From assembly GCA_050084515.1 (NCBI GenBank), contig CM114271.1, positions 23,498,001 to 23,562,000 on the forward strand: a DNA stretch of 64,000 nucleotides, read 5' to 3'. The notes beneath the pieces were generated by a model, which was not told where the DNA came from, did not search any database, and saw nothing but the letters and a program-made list of their open reading frames with translations. Made by a program: the position numbers and the translations under genes. Positions 13,201 through 27,103 of the stretch are shown one piece after another; position 1 is the stretch's first letter, and each line of letters begins with the position of its first letter. Source of the stretch: Blasia pusilla. Lineage: Eukaryota.

Positions 13201-16200
13201 GCCATGGGGGAGCTAATCATCCCATAAAATATAGATTAGTGGACCAATACTCATCTTACCAAAATTTGGAAGAAGTTTTTTTTCTCCAATAAAAATATTT
13301 TCTCGTTGTTGTGTATGGGTGTAAGCAAATCCCTTGTTAATAATATAGAGAATCTATGTAATTATTAGAGGATTGTTTTGAACTTTTCAACACGCCACTT
13401 GTATGACATGTGGGAACATGGGCAACTTGGTTACATGATACATGACAAAGGGGTGACAAGAAAAATATCCTAGTTTGAAAATTTTCAAACTAAGATGCCC
13501 TTCAATTTTAAAAGTAACTTTATCTCTTCTTCACACAACTTACTAGTGTTCCAAGGAAGGGAGGATTATTATTCTTATCATGTTTTACTATACCTTGGAT
13601 TACTGGATCATATAATGGCATATATGCAATCCAAATAATGGACCTTGGTAAATTTTAAGGAGACCATATTTTTTCATTACTATATTTAAAAATCATTGTT
13701 TTCTATTAGACACGATATTATTATTATTATTTTCTACTACTATGCGTCTTTCCTACTAAATTCCTAGTAGTAGGGCGTACCGAAACTTTTAGCTTTTATT
13801 TCTCATCTTATTTATGATATTTGGAGTTCATAACATATGAAATCTTTCAAAAAAATTGGAGGAAAGCTTTCCACCCTTTCGCCTCTCCCCTCCTATGGTG
13901 ATTTTATCCCACTATCTCAACCTTGTCGTGCGCATTCATTTGCTACATAATATACATCACTGTCACCAAATACAATCACATAACACAAGACACCATACTC
14001 ACTCATGGAATTTGGGCATCGAAACAATGGTGTATCAAAACATCTCCAATCTAAATAAAAAAATACTCAAATCGTGCCATATTCGAAGCAATGAAGGTGC
14101 ATCATAATACTCGTTGATAGGAAGTAAAATATAGAATATATTGAGGAAATTTAAAGATTGAGAAAAATCAACTTGTATGTTAAATCCATAAAAGCTTCAC
14201 ACAAATATATTCGTATGTTTTATATTATCCTTATTGATTCTACCCCACGGTAGGGGATCAATTTTTGCAAGACTAAATTGGTAAGTGGGAAAATTGGAAC
14301 CACAAAACTTCTTCCTCAATGAACAAAATAACCTTTTTTCGGGGTCTAGTAAAGTTTCATGAAAGCATGAGTGACTCCTTAGCGCATACTCATATTATGC
14401 ACATGTGGAAGTCTCATGAGAAATATTCAAAAGAGGACAAAGAAAGACAACAACATCCCAAGAAGGGAAGGAAGCAAGGAATGCAAAAAGAAAATGGCAG
14501 CAAGCCAACATAAAAACAAACTTAATAGGCTACACAATTAATAGTTTGAAACAAAAATTTGACACCAACACTAGAGGCTAGAAAGACATGAATGAATGAC
14601 GAGATGAGTGGTTATAAATCACTTTGGCTTTACATATTAACGCCAATACTTGTGCAAGTTGTACTTCCATTTAGACACATGTCAAAAATTAGTGCTAACA
14701 AAGAAAGAAGGACTTTGAGAAGGGGAAAATTTATGATTCTCGAGGGAATGGTGAGCACATGTTTTTAGGAAAGTATCAAAAGACATGTGTAAGTGCCCAA
14801 AATTTTTCATTGAAAAAAAAACCATTGGTCACGTATGCATGTCTCACCAAATAACTTAACTTCTTGATTCTAGGTGTTACATGCATCTGCCTTGGGAAAT
14901 TTAATACGTGCAACACAATCCACCAAGTTAGAATGGCCAACAACCACCACATCTCCCAATAGACAAAATTCGCCTTAGATCAACTTGTCAACAAGAGGTT
15001 GCTTGTGTAGAAAAAGGTAGAACTTGTAGCTTCTTTTGCCCAAGGGTGTACCTTGGAAATAAAACTTTCCTTAAATTTTTGTGTTTCGTTTAATTTACAT
15101 GGCATTTGTTGTGCACATATACATTGCTACACAATTCATATTGTTGGTCACATCGACACACCACACACCATCAATCTTCCCAACACACATGTAAATCCAC
15201 ACACATACACAAATGAACTAATGCACATACATCAAGACCGCATAACAAAATTAGAGTAAAGATGGCTCACACGGCCAACTCCACTCTCGAATCTACATCA
15301 GTATATCAAGCCATATCCACCCTCTATTATGAAGGAATCTGGACGTTAGCACCCTAGTTCCTACCATACACAAAGCAAGAGAGGATTTGGAGTATTCGGA
15401 CGCAAGATGGAACTAAAGCAAGAACTAATTGAGTTGGGGATTGATTTACTTGGAATATTTATCTCGATCACATGATATTTATTGTATGACTATGTCTAAA
15501 AATTTAGATGTGTTTTTTTGCTATAGCATGATGTGAAGAAAAAAAATGCAATAGCATCCTTATTACTAGGATAAATAAATCTTCTAAGGAATTCAACAAA
15601 TAATTTATTTAAGTTTCCCATACTTTCAATTTCTTATATTTTCCACATCTTAGCAATCCCAAAACTGATTTTTGTTGGACGTTGTAAGCATAATATAGAA
15701 TGGGTCATTTTCAAATCATGACTCCCCTACATTAAAATTTATTAATTTAGGCCAAATTTAGGAGTAAAATTTAGGCCAAATAGGAGGGTGACCTATGTTA
15801 TGTCAATTTTTGTGTATTTAAACAAGAAATATAGATAAGGATTAGTAGTTACTCCAAAGAAAATAGTATTCTAACCGTCATAACCAAATGCACGCCATCA
15901 AGAAGAATCACAACTCCAAAGAGCTCACCCTAGGATGGAAATGCGTAAGAGTCTCATAAGCGAGATATAAGTTGCAAAACGGAGACGAAAGCCTTGATGG
16001 ACGTCTTGAAAGATTATGGTTCTCACCTCAAAGAGTTTGATTGAAAATTGGACGAAACTTTGGAAGAGTTGAAGTCCCACAAGAGTTTGAATTCAACAAG
16101 ACTATAATGTGTATAACCTAGCTTGGAATCCAAGTGACCATTTAGGAGTTCTCCACATTTAAAGTCATAATTGCTAGGCCACAAATGTGTTTGGCATGAA

Positions 16201-17354
16201 TAAGGTGGCGCTGAAAAGCTTATGAGAATATAGTTCCAGCACACTAAAGATATGAACAAATGCATGTTGAAGTCTAGAAATGGGCCTAAACTAATGGAAA
16301 TGATAAGTTGAGCTGAGGGCCACAAGGAGTGGCCCAAAAGGAATTCCTTGGATAAAGGGAATGGTGGTTTTCTTCATAACTATATATAAGGAGGAAGGTC
16401 TCCAACAGTGCTTGGAACCTGAACCCCACCTCAGAAATCCTCGCGTGAACCATGGGGGTGAACGAAGGGCCTATGATGGATTCAAAGGTTGGATTTGGGA
16501 TTCTAACACCAAACCATGTCAAGATAGTCGAGTTAAGTATGCCAACCTTAGACCTTGACCACTAGCTTAGATATTGAGTTCCAATTAGAGACTTGTTTAA
16601 GGTCTATTGGGCAGTTGGGGCCATCAAATAGACTAGCGCCATTTCAAGTTTATAGACTATCAAGGAATTCTGTCCCAAGTATGGTATGACTGGCCTAAGT
16701 TTGGGAGTGAGGGGTTACGTCGATAACTGACCCGGCTATATCTATTGAGCTCGAGGGGTGATCCAAGACCTAGACTTAAGAGATGCAAGGCAATTTGACC
16801 CAAGCCATGGCTATTTTGAATGTGTTTGGGTACAAATCAATAGGGAGAGTGTGATCTATTGAATACACGCGTTTGCGACATGCAAGACCGACATTCAAGG
16901 AAATAGGCGCACGACAAATAGGACATCTCAAAATTCCATCCAAAAAAATTTCTTGTCTTAACATATATTTCAACCATGAGGTAGATTAAAACATGGACGT
17001 AGATACCCGTTTTGGACATGAGTAGTGACCTCCATACGCACTTGGTCAAATTTCCAAGATTGGAAATAGTGGTGGGCATCACCGAATCTTATAGCATCAT
17101 AAAATAGTTTGGATAGTAAAACTAACAAGAGGAGCAGGCTAGCACCTCAGAAGATTAAAGATAAAAAACTTTCCAAGCTACACATTATGTGATTTTAATA
17201 GGCATGTTTAAAGATGGCTCGAAAAGAGAGTCCCATATCCATACCGGGCCCATAGTTTAGGAGGCAAAAATGGGAGCTTTTAAAATCTAAAATGAGCCAC
17301 CATTGTTCCATAAACCTTCTACCTCCCAAAATCATAGATTTGGGTGCTTCACAT

Positions 17355-17690
17355 CCCTTTCTACCAAATGCCCTTTAGGGCTTTTTTAAGTCCTTTAAAA
17401 ATGTACCCAAATGTACTTCTTTAGTAAATCTGTCCTATCGTAAGAAGAGTCCACGTCATATTCTATCTCACATGAATCTCTGCCACGTCTGCAATGGCGT
17501 ATCCAAAGACACGTGGCATTTCTGCCACGTCATGCTCTCGAAAGTGCTCTCGAAAGCTCGAGTAATAGCGAAGTACGCGAAAGAAGAATGTGGATCTGAC
17601 GATTCCGATGTGGCGTCCTTTTACGTGTAGAATCTCTTCTCTCTTCTTTTATCTATTAAAAAACACCCCTTTAGGCATTTAGTAGGAACA
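17355..17690. mobile_element. Possible degenerate MITE with imperfect terminal inverted repeats
   Basis: ttctaccaaatgccctttagggctttttta at the left is roughly the reverse complement of taaaaaacacccctttaggcatttagtaggaa at the right. Several internal CCACGT motifs. No TSD resolved. Confidence 0.35.
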
Positions 17691-17708
17691 GGCGCCTATT
17701 TTTTATAA

Positions 17709-17754
17709 CTAGTTAAATAAAATAACCATTTAGTCCCGGTAAATCACCGGACTA
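17709..17754 (-). mobile_element. Helitron-like 3' terminus (hairpin + CTAG|T)
   Basis: Hairpin tagtcccggt-aaatc-accggacta (17731-17754), then CTAG at 17712-17709 followed by T on the minus strand. 5' end not located. Confidence 0.4.
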
Positions 17755-19115
17755 CAAGCGTTCTTATAACGAGAGCAAATAGAAGTTATGGGTGCCGAGA
17801 TAAGGGGGGGGGCTTGGCGGTGAATTTATGGGAATATATTCGGGGCCTTTTTCGATTTCCATCTGAATTTTTTTTTAATCCTGTAATTTCCTAATTTTTA
17901 TTATCTTAATTAAGGAACCGTAAAATTGATGTACAATCATTGAATTAGCGCAGGTATATCTCTGGTAAAATATCACCTTAGATTTTAAATAAATCCATAT
18001 TCCAAAAAGAAAAAATTATCGCATTATAGAAAGTTACAAAAAAGTAGATAATGCTATCTTAGTGATGTCATCTTCCTATATTATGCAAATTATATGAGTA
18101 TCATACAAGAGGAACGAGAGAAGATTTCATGAGGATGTTTTTTTCTTATTGGATGAGGACTCCTATTATTTGCATTGCATAGTACACACTAGTTTAATGG
18201 TCCTTTCCATGCGTAGAAAAGTGGTACATTAAAAAAAAAAATTTAAGAAAATTGGACCTTAATGACAGAGGTTATTATTAAGAAACTTGTAGATAAATTT
18301 TAATGAGAAAAGTTATACATGCAAGTCTTAGTGACAAAATCTATCATTAAGAAAATTTGTAGATAAATTTGATAACAAAATTCACATGGCTAATTTTGGC
18401 TTATAAAATAAAAATTTGTTAAAACTCTTAAACTGTGTGGAACTTTTTTAATCCTTAACTTCTAATATAAATAAAATAAATATTGGTATACACGATCCTA
18501 CTACCTTATCCCTACGGAAATGATTTGAGTAAATTGTATTCTATTGCTGAAAAATCATAATCTTTATACAATTGGGAGAATTTCTTTTTCTAGGTGTTCA
18601 CCATGGCTAGGACGCGTGTCTAGTAAAACATATATTCTTACATTGAGACCCTTAGTGTGAAAAAAATGCCTTAGTTTCATTGAAGAAGTGATCTTGCATA
18701 GTATGGGCATCCTACTAGTTATTTTTATTACCAACAAGGTAAGTCATCAAGAGATTGTGGTTCAAAAAATTCTTGTTGTCAAAATGTTTTGTGGAAAATA
18801 CATAACTTAATATTTTGATTGCAAGATTTCATTATATTTTCAATTCAAATTTTAACTTCTTCCATACATTCCTTCATTTATAAAAAAATTACTTATGGAA
18901 ATTTACACTTGTCATATACGACTTCTAGCTTATGAAACTCGTTACAAGTGTTAATAATTTAATAATTTTAAATTTTAAAAAAAAATCATCAAGAATTAGG
19001 TCTCTCCCCCCATCCTTCCCCTCTCCAATTAATTAAACTCCCCCCTCTTCCTCCATTAATTCCTCCCTTAAAATTACCAGAAGGGTAGGATCAGAATTTC
19101 TATAAACCCCTTAAA

Positions 19116-19200
19116 TCTATATAATTAAAAGAGGATGGTATTAGAGAAAACCTTGTCCTCTAAGGATTCTTCTAGTGTTTACATATGTAACTTCAACTAT
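19116..19200 (+). mobile_element. Helitron 5' terminus, same family as 28225-28067
   Basis: A|TCTATATAATTAAAAGAGGATGGTATTAGAGAAAACCTT...GTGTTTACAT aligns with the 5' end of the mini-Helitron at 28225. Followed by ~1.1 kb containing short tandem repeats; 3' end not found. Confidence 0.5.
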
Positions 19201-20377
19201 ATTAAATTAGTGGGCAGCCCGACAGAGCCCGTGCCATGCATAGAAGCGAAGAACTATTCATGTTTGCGCGCACAATATTTTTCCTTGGCACCTGTAGAGT
19301 GAGAAATATTTTCTTGCTGCCCGTAGAATAAATTAAATTTTTTTGGCTGCCCGTAGATTCTAAATAAGAAACATTCTCTTGCTGCCCGGTTGCCACATGT
19401 CAAGTCACGAGATGTTTGCAAGTCAAGAAGGTACTCTCCAACTTAAAGTCCGTAATTTGCGGTCCCTTCAGAGGTGCATGCAGAACACCATATTTTATGT
19501 AGTTGCACGAGAATGCTCCAACAAATCCTTTGATTGACGTGGACCAACAGCATTGGATGAAAACTCTCTAGGCTTAGGCTTTCCGCTGACTTGTACATGT
19601 TGCACGAGTTCGTATTGAAGTGTCTTTGTAATGCAACGGTGTCATCGTTAGACTCGATGTATATAATCCTCCCTTGAATACTCCCTTGCGTGTAATGATA
19701 GAGCGTATGTTTTTTGGTTTCATGCCCTTTTGCATTGATTACCTTTGTATGTTATAGAATGTAAGTTGATAATGCATTACGTCTTCGGTGAAATGCTCAA
19801 CCCAAATGGCCCTCCAAGGATATAGGCATTAATGTCACAATGCCACTATGTTTAAAAAATATCCAATTATTATAGTATACAATTGTATATCCAAAATCTA
19901 TTGTAGTAAGCATCATAAATAATATCTCATACACATTATTGTATTCTTCTCATTATGTCTCCTACACATTATTGTATTCTTCTCCTCTCTAATGTAGTGT
20001 CTCCCGTTTATATTGAAGACTATCATACTCTCCCATGCCGGTAGTGTCTCCATGGTTTGTATAGAACACTACTATACTCTCGGATGCCTACGCCCATAAA
20101 ATTGGGTCTTACCAATAACATCTTTGATAAAAAAATTTGAATTTCTTACATTATGTCTCTTTTTAAAATCGAGTCTCTTTCCTATTCTTATCTCTTGTAA
20201 TCTAGTGTCTCCCCATTTGTATGCTCTCCATGCATAGGGCCCTTACCTATCAATCTATCTACTCTCTTATCTATCTATGTACACTCATTTAATTTATTTT
20301 ATATAATTACATTTTCATATTATGGTTTTTTAATAATAGTAATATCTTTTGGGGCCGTCAAACATCACTCATCTTTT

Positions 20378-20605
20378 GGGCTTCTGCGACGGGCTCAGGC
20401 AATTGGAGACGCCAATGCTTAAGGCCCACTTAGTAATAGTCATAGGTCTATAGATGTTGCTAATATTGTCTCTGCTGTTGTTGATTTTGATCGTTAGAAG
20501 GGAAGGCCCTTCTTTCTCCAAGGGGCCGATTCTGGCCCCTTGAGGTCTTCCTTTTTGGCTCTATTTGCCCCCTCATTTGGCGTGATGGGTTCCCCATCTC
20601 GTGAA
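20378..20605 (+). mobile_element. 5'-truncated, diverged copy of a CRE-like non-LTR retrotransposon 3' end
   Basis: Encodes GLLRRAQAIGDANA*GPLSNSHRSIDVANIVSAVVDFDR*, colinear with GILWRAQAVGDAGARGPLSSSHSSLVVDDIVSAVGEFRR* of the 60 kb copy. Shares the 3' stem gatggg...ccatc. Confidence 0.8.
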
Positions 20606-21712
20606 ACACTCCAATAGATAAGAAAATAGATCTTAATACCTAATAGATATCGAATTCCTGTAGCTCGTGACCTGCCCGGATCTCCGGGCGCGTCATGTCC
20701 TTATATCGAGGGCTGGAGTCGGCCCGCTATGGGCGTATGGCCGCAAGGCACGAGAGGAAGAGCCCAGACAGGCGTTGCCGATCTTTCTGTGTGTCAGGAA
20801 CGGATCTGCGGAATGTCGAGTAGCGCTGTCGTGGAAAGGTTGGGTCGTGGGGAAAGGGATTCTATTTCTCGTCGTCTGCAGATTCAGTGATTCGAGTCAA
20901 GGCAGGTGAGATGGTCAGAGGTGTGAAGAGTGGGAACTCTGGATATAGAGGACGACTTTTGTGGCGAAAGGAGAGAAGAGTGGGAGTGGGAACGAGAGAG
21001 AGGGAGGAGTGAGAGGAAATCTCACTGCGAGCGGTGGAGGACTAGAGAAGCTGGAGATTCAGTGTTTCTGAGAAAGGCTGAATCCCGGAGGCGATGGGGC
21101 AATGGATACAGGAATGGAGCTCGAGATGGAAACGAGGAAGAGTGTAGGCGCGGAGGGTGAATTCGCCCGGTGATGGGCATTGGATGAATGTTGTGGAGGA
21201 GGAGGAAGAGGTGACTGCAGCGTGCGTTGGAACTGATTAGGGCATACCGGCCGTTGTTTGTTGATCTCATTTTTGTTTCAATTCGGAGGTTTGCTGGTGA
21301 AGGTGCTGGATTCGAACGGAAGGCGGCGAGGGAGTGTCAAGAGAGGGCGCTTTGAAGAAGAGTGATGATACGAGCCTGTTGATCCTTAGATCGGTTGATC
21401 GACGTTACCGGGTGATTGAAGATCCGCTGACTATACTGTGGTGATCCAACTGCAGAGATTTGTCGTGAAAGGTGTGAATTTCTCGTGATGTCGAGAGTTT
21501 CGTTCGCTATCGAAGGGTACTCTTTGGCGTAGTCTCCGGAGGGCGTATTTGCAAGCAGTCTGGAGGTTGGCTGTCTCCGCCAGCTTTGGACATTTGCTGG
21601 CCGGAGAGATTGACCGTGAGAGATCTAGAGAGGAAGTGATTTGGTGAAGAAAGGAAACCGGGATCGAGTTGCTCGACTCTTTGATGCGAGGTGAGCGGAG
21701 GAGGGAGTAATT

Positions 21713-22402
21713 ATGAGCTCGGATGATGGATTGGAGTGTCCAGTGTGTTGGGAGGGGTTCAATGATGCGGACAACACCCCATACGTGTTGTGGTGCGGCC
21801 ATTCTTTGTGCAAGAACTGCGTGGTCGGGTTGCAGTGGGCGGTGATCAAATTCCCTGGGTTGCCTCTCCAGTTGCCCCTCTTCATAGCTTGTCCGTGGTG
21901 TCAATTTCTCACTTTCCGTATCACCTGGAAAGGCAATCTCAAGTATCCCTGCAAAAATTTCTTTCTTCTTTGGATTCTAGAAAGCATAAGGGGTGATAAC
22001 GTGAGGCAAAGGCCCCAGAGTGATGCAGTGGGAATAGTGCCGGGCTCCCCGGCTCGACCCAACCCAAATTTGATTCATGGCGTCCGGCCCAGACAACTGC
22101 GGCCTCAGGAGAATCAGCGCAGATCCGCTAGGAACTTTCTTCTGGAAGCTGTGCAGGGAAGTTGGGATTGGGCACATTGGCAGGATTGGCTTGCCAAGGT
22201 TATTTCTTTCTTTGTTCAGTTCACCGCAAAGCTCCCTCTAGTATTCCTCTTCCTCTTCATCATCTGTTATGTCCTCCCCTTTAGCGCCCTCATTCTTGCG
22301 ATGTATTGTGTAGTGACGGTCATCTTCGCAGTGCCCTCTTTTCTGGTAGTCTATTTCTCATTTCCGAGTCTTGATTGGCTTGCCCGTGAAATTGTAACTT
22401 AA
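21713..22402 (+). CDS. RING-HC E3 ubiquitin ligase with C-terminal transmembrane helices (plant family of At3g29270/At1g69330 type), single coding exon
   Basis: LECPVCWEGFN...PYVLWCGHSLCKNC...LFIACPWC...YPCKNFFLLW, then a hydrophobic C-terminus ending PSLDWLAREIVT. Confidence 0.93.
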   Translation: MSSDDGLECPVCWEGFNDADNTPYVLWCGHSLCKNCVVGLQWAVIKFPGLPLQLPLFIACPWCQFLTFRITWKGNLKYPCKNFFLLWILESIRGDNVRQRPQSDAVGIVPGSPARPNPNLIHGVRPRQLRPQENQRRSARNFLLEAVQGSWDWAHWQDWLAKVISFFVQFTAKLPLVFLFLFIICYVLPFSALILAMYCVVTVIFAVPSFLVVYFSFPSLDWLAREIVT

Positions 22403-24553
22403 TGTCCCGACACAGTAATCACTTGATAGCGCATTGCTCAAAAGTGAAACATGTGGATGTTCATGGAAAATGTGAGATATTCCATTCTTTCAGTCCACTT
22501 GATATCTCACCAGTCTAGAGTACAAGGCAGGAGAGGAAGCAGCTGGCCAACAAAATGACGACGATGCCAATATTCGATTGGAACCTGCTTCCGAACGTAG
22601 ACACGATTGCAGATGAAATTTTAGCAGGAAATAAACAACATTCGTGTGCAGATCTACTGTCGTGTTTCTGGTATCTGTGCATGTCACTGGTCTCACAACA
22701 TGTCCCACAGACCTGAATTCCTTTTACTCCTCCCCCACTTCGCAGAGTGTGCCATTAATGCCCTGCTGAGCACATGATCTATCAGGTTAATCTGAGTGAC
22801 AGTCATAAGGGAATTCCCCATTCTAGTCCATCGGGACAGTAAGCGAAAGGCAGAAAACAGTGACTGGGGAACTGCACTGTTCCAGTAGTGTGGATGGGGC
22901 AATGGGTGGTTACGCTTGCCATCGTCCATCCGAGGTACACACATAATGTCCAATGAGTAGAATGCGGGTTTTGGTGGAAGAAAGTTTTAAGTTCTGACTG
23001 CGATTTCAACGCGGTGGTGTCATAACAATCACTTGTGAAATCATTCATTCACAACAAATCTCGCCAGATGGTGACGTGCGGATGCCGTGTCAATCGCCTC
23101 CTTGATGACATTCGCATCCATTTCGATTTGCGACGTCCACAGCGACTCTCGGGAGATGGGGACGTGCGAACGGTGCGTTGTCTATCCAAAGAATTTTCGT
23201 ATCCTGAAGGACGTCCCGATCCACTTCTAACAGCTTTGGACGAGATGAGGTGTCGACAGTCCTGCAACAAAATCCTCCCACACGCCTTCAATTTCCTGTG
23301 TATCTCATGGGTTACAGAATTCTGCCAACCCACGCTATGAGCTGTCCACAGTCCGGCGATGAAGTCTTTCCACACGTCTTTGGTTTACGGGACGTACCCT
23401 CGCCTCTACTCAATTTTCCATCTCCGTGCGATCGTTCGGAGTAGTCCCACGTTGCAATAAGATGTCACAAAAATTAAACGCGGACCTCATCTTTTTAGTC
23501 TACTCTCGTTGCCAGAGATCGTTTCCGGGGTAGACATCTTGCGTTTGCGTCTTGTGCCTCCTTGCGATGAGTCTGTGTCTGCGGATCACTTGTTGCTAGA
23601 TTTGAGACATAGATCTCGCATTTCTTCATCACTCCAAATGTGCCTCATTCGCCCGAAATCTGAGAGCTGGTAGCCTCACTTGCTGTCGGTGTCGTTACTT
23701 TCCCTACTCTAAACTTAGGAAGAAAAGCTCACATGCGAGCCGTTATTCTGGAAGCGCTTACGATTCAGTATCACTTCCGCTAGCTCATGAGGAATTTGAT
23801 TTTCAACGACCAGATAGTCCTACATGCGAGGAAGACCGACGAAGATTGGATGTGTGATGTTTCCTTCAAGGGCAGAATATACAAAAGCCACACTACCCAG
23901 CGGTCCAAGAACTCTGTTCTTACCTCATCAATAGGAATGTTTTTCAAAGTGTGGCCCAGTAAACGCTGCCCAAGAAGTAAACGAAGGCACAGGGAATGCA
24001 CCTTCAATTCGACTGTCTTCAGTGTGAAACTTTTGAGCTCCACTGATCCCAACCCCACTCGACGTCGTCTGGAATTCTAGGAAGAGACTCAACTGGCCAA
24101 AACCCCTTTTAAGGCGTTGGTTACAATACAAAAGCCTCAACATTCACCTTCGGACATTGAAATAAGTACAATGTGATACCACCACATGCTGGTAAGTTAG
24201 CGATACTAGGAATGACGTCCTCTTTCGATGTAAGTTGTCACCCTTTACTTACAAAATTTACAGTAGTACGCAAATAAAATATTTGTGCACTAGAGCGCAG
24301 TCCCAAATCGTGAGACTCTTTCTCAATTTCTAATTGAGAGAGTCTCACCTTGTTACATTACCATTGGAACCTATGTGCCACAGTAAGTCTGAACAAGTAA
24401 TCTTTTGGCCGGCTAATGAATCATTTGGACATTCTGACTTTGTTCCCTCCCCACCTCTTAAAAAATGGAACGCTGCCCAAAGGCTGAAGACTTTCGTTGC
24501 TTAAGACCTCATGAGAACTGGGGATATTTGCAATGCAGTGGCTTTTGTCGCAG

Positions 24554-26737
24554 TCACCTCCTCCACTGTTGCTCTGTATAATCATACCATTTGCGATGGT
24601 CTAAACCGCTAAGATCATCAAGCTCTGCAATTGCTAAAAGGTACTCAGTCAGTCCGACCAGCTCGTTGTCTGTTGCCCGATTCAAATGAGCTTTTCGGAA
24701 TGGTTTGATGACAAGCCCGTTCTGAGGGTTCATGACAAAGTTGCGCTTGAGATCATCGAACATTATGGTGTTGCCAGGGTGGTAAAACTGCATATCAAGA
24801 TAATCAGCAATAGTGAGAACTCTGCTAATAAGAAGCATGTCAGACGCAAACCCATAACTCCACAGATAAAAGTTCAGCTAACCTAATGTAACACCAACAA
24901 GAAGAAGAACTGAAATCGTCTATGAAACCAGGGTGAGTTGTCAGTCCATCTGCAAACATGGGAGAAAAACATTTAGAGGCTGAGTTATGACACATCCGTC
25001 AAGCCATGGTGTAATACACAGATTTCGCAAGCATGACGCAAGAATAACCTACCATTCCTAGCACCACACTAATGTTATCCAATTGGTGAAAATGGATTAT
25101 TGCACTATGTTACCTCAGGATACTTGGCCCAGATGATACCCAAAGGCTTGCAGTCAAAAACTCCGTGAGTCGATGATTGAACCGTGATCATTGCAAGATG
25201 ATCCATGAGTGCCGTGATCTTGTAGTTGGCATTGCCCAGCACCCCCAACTCCTTCATTTTCACTTCTACCCACTTCATGCTGCCATAGGAAAGAAGATAG
25301 CAACTCATGCCCAGTAAGATGCAAAACCCTAAGCGGAATGTGCTAGTCTGAAAAGCATCCAGAAGCATGTTAGGAAGCTATTGAAAAGGGAGGGTCAAAC
25401 TGACTACATAACTACAGGGAAGTTTCGGGTTGCTGCGGTTGACAGATGGAATCCCAATGAAGAACTACTGATGAGTGAAGGATTTACCTCGTGGCTGACC
25501 AAATGATGATGTCATATGCAGAGTATGCTGCCGTTAGAAACTCATGCAGATCTGCTGACACAAGCACTCAAAGTTAAAGTAACTACTAAACAACCACGAG
25601 ACATCTTCATCAAATATGACATGCTGTACTTATGACGAGTTTCAATCACACAAATAGACCTAATAGGCAGAGAGACCTACAGTTCAGTAATATTGTCATT
25701 AGCCTTCCAACTACTTGATCAAGGAACTGTTGGATGCATACTCCATGATTAATCTGTCCCTATCACGGCTATAACTAGCAGACTCAGGTGAAGTAAATGC
25801 CCACATTACTAGTAGTAAATGTTTTTCACAATATTATTCAAACACACTCCATACAGTAAGAAAACGTTTCCTTACGAGGTCTCATAAGCTCCAAGGGATT
25901 CTCTGCTGTGGAGCGATGATCAAAGAGCGTGTAGTCAATGTCCAACACTAGCAGCTTTTTCCCAGCTCGACAAGGATTTAGAAGAGTAAGCTGCGTAAAC
26001 AACACCAGTCCATGTGGTTTAATATAGCAGAGATGGTTTGCTCTACAGGTGTAACAATGTTACCGAGCAATCATCCAGATTTTCACTCGTCTGGGCTCCC
26101 ACGATGAAAAGTCAGCAATCAATTCCTGTGACTGACATTTCAAAGGTTTCATCATTATGGTATCATAATATCAGAAAAAACTACTAAGTAAATCACATAT
26201 GGAGGGCAGTGGCTACTCGCAAGTCGTGATCCCTAATACTCCTGAAACACAAGATGATCTCTGGAACAAGAGGGCAATCTGCGCTACCCATCACCCACAT
26301 CTGAGTGAGGAAAACCATCGACTACGGTGTCCAGGCAAGGAGGGTTATGTAGAGGACCTTGAATTGATCCACACGTCTGCGGAGTTTTGCCTTGTTAACC
26401 TCCGCATCCTGAATATCCACTGTGTCTTCTTCGCCGAGCTCAAAATCGTCAAGTACCTCCGGAGCAGACACCGGATCCAAAAGAATCTCATCTTCCACAG
26501 TGCTGGACAATCTTTAGGGTTAGACTCTGCAAGACCCCAAAGCACCCGTATCTTTCATTGGAAGATTCCACCCCTTCAAATTATTTGATTCAAAAGTCTA
26601 ATCGACTTCTAAGTTAGAGGAACGATTCAGTACGTGCTCCATTCAAATTCTTATCCCATATGCAGAGATATTTTCAAGTTACAGTTCAGACCGCGCATTG
26701 AAACTTGCAATTCACTTTCTTCCAGAAGATCTCCAAT

Positions 26738-26835
<98 letters not shown>

Positions 26836-27041
26836 ATTCCATCATCAAAATCTTCATGCCTGGTTTGAGAGAAAGCTGAGAGAGAAGAAATGTATCTTCA
26901 GAAAGTTTTACTCCAGCTTTGACGTTTAAGAGAGAGAGAGAGAGAGAGAGCTACCCCATCATCAAAATCTTCATGCCTGGTTTGGGAGAAAGCTGAGAGA
27001 GACGAAATGTATCTTCAGCAGGTTTTACTCCAGCTTGGACG

Positions 27042-27103
<62 letters not shown>

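Noticed and set aside
14700-16720. Possible decayed LTR retrotransposon
   Set aside because: No recognisable gag/pol motifs, paired LTRs, PBS or TSD.
20391-20434. Hairpin followed by TTAG|T resembling a Helitron 3' end for the element starting at 19116
   Set aside because: The sequence is colinear with the coding end of the CRE-like retrotransposon (RAQAIGDANA*GPLS), so it belongs to that copy.
26634-26929. ORFs with CVCV/ERER runs
   Set aside because: Translations of microsatellites antisense to a UBLCP1 intron.
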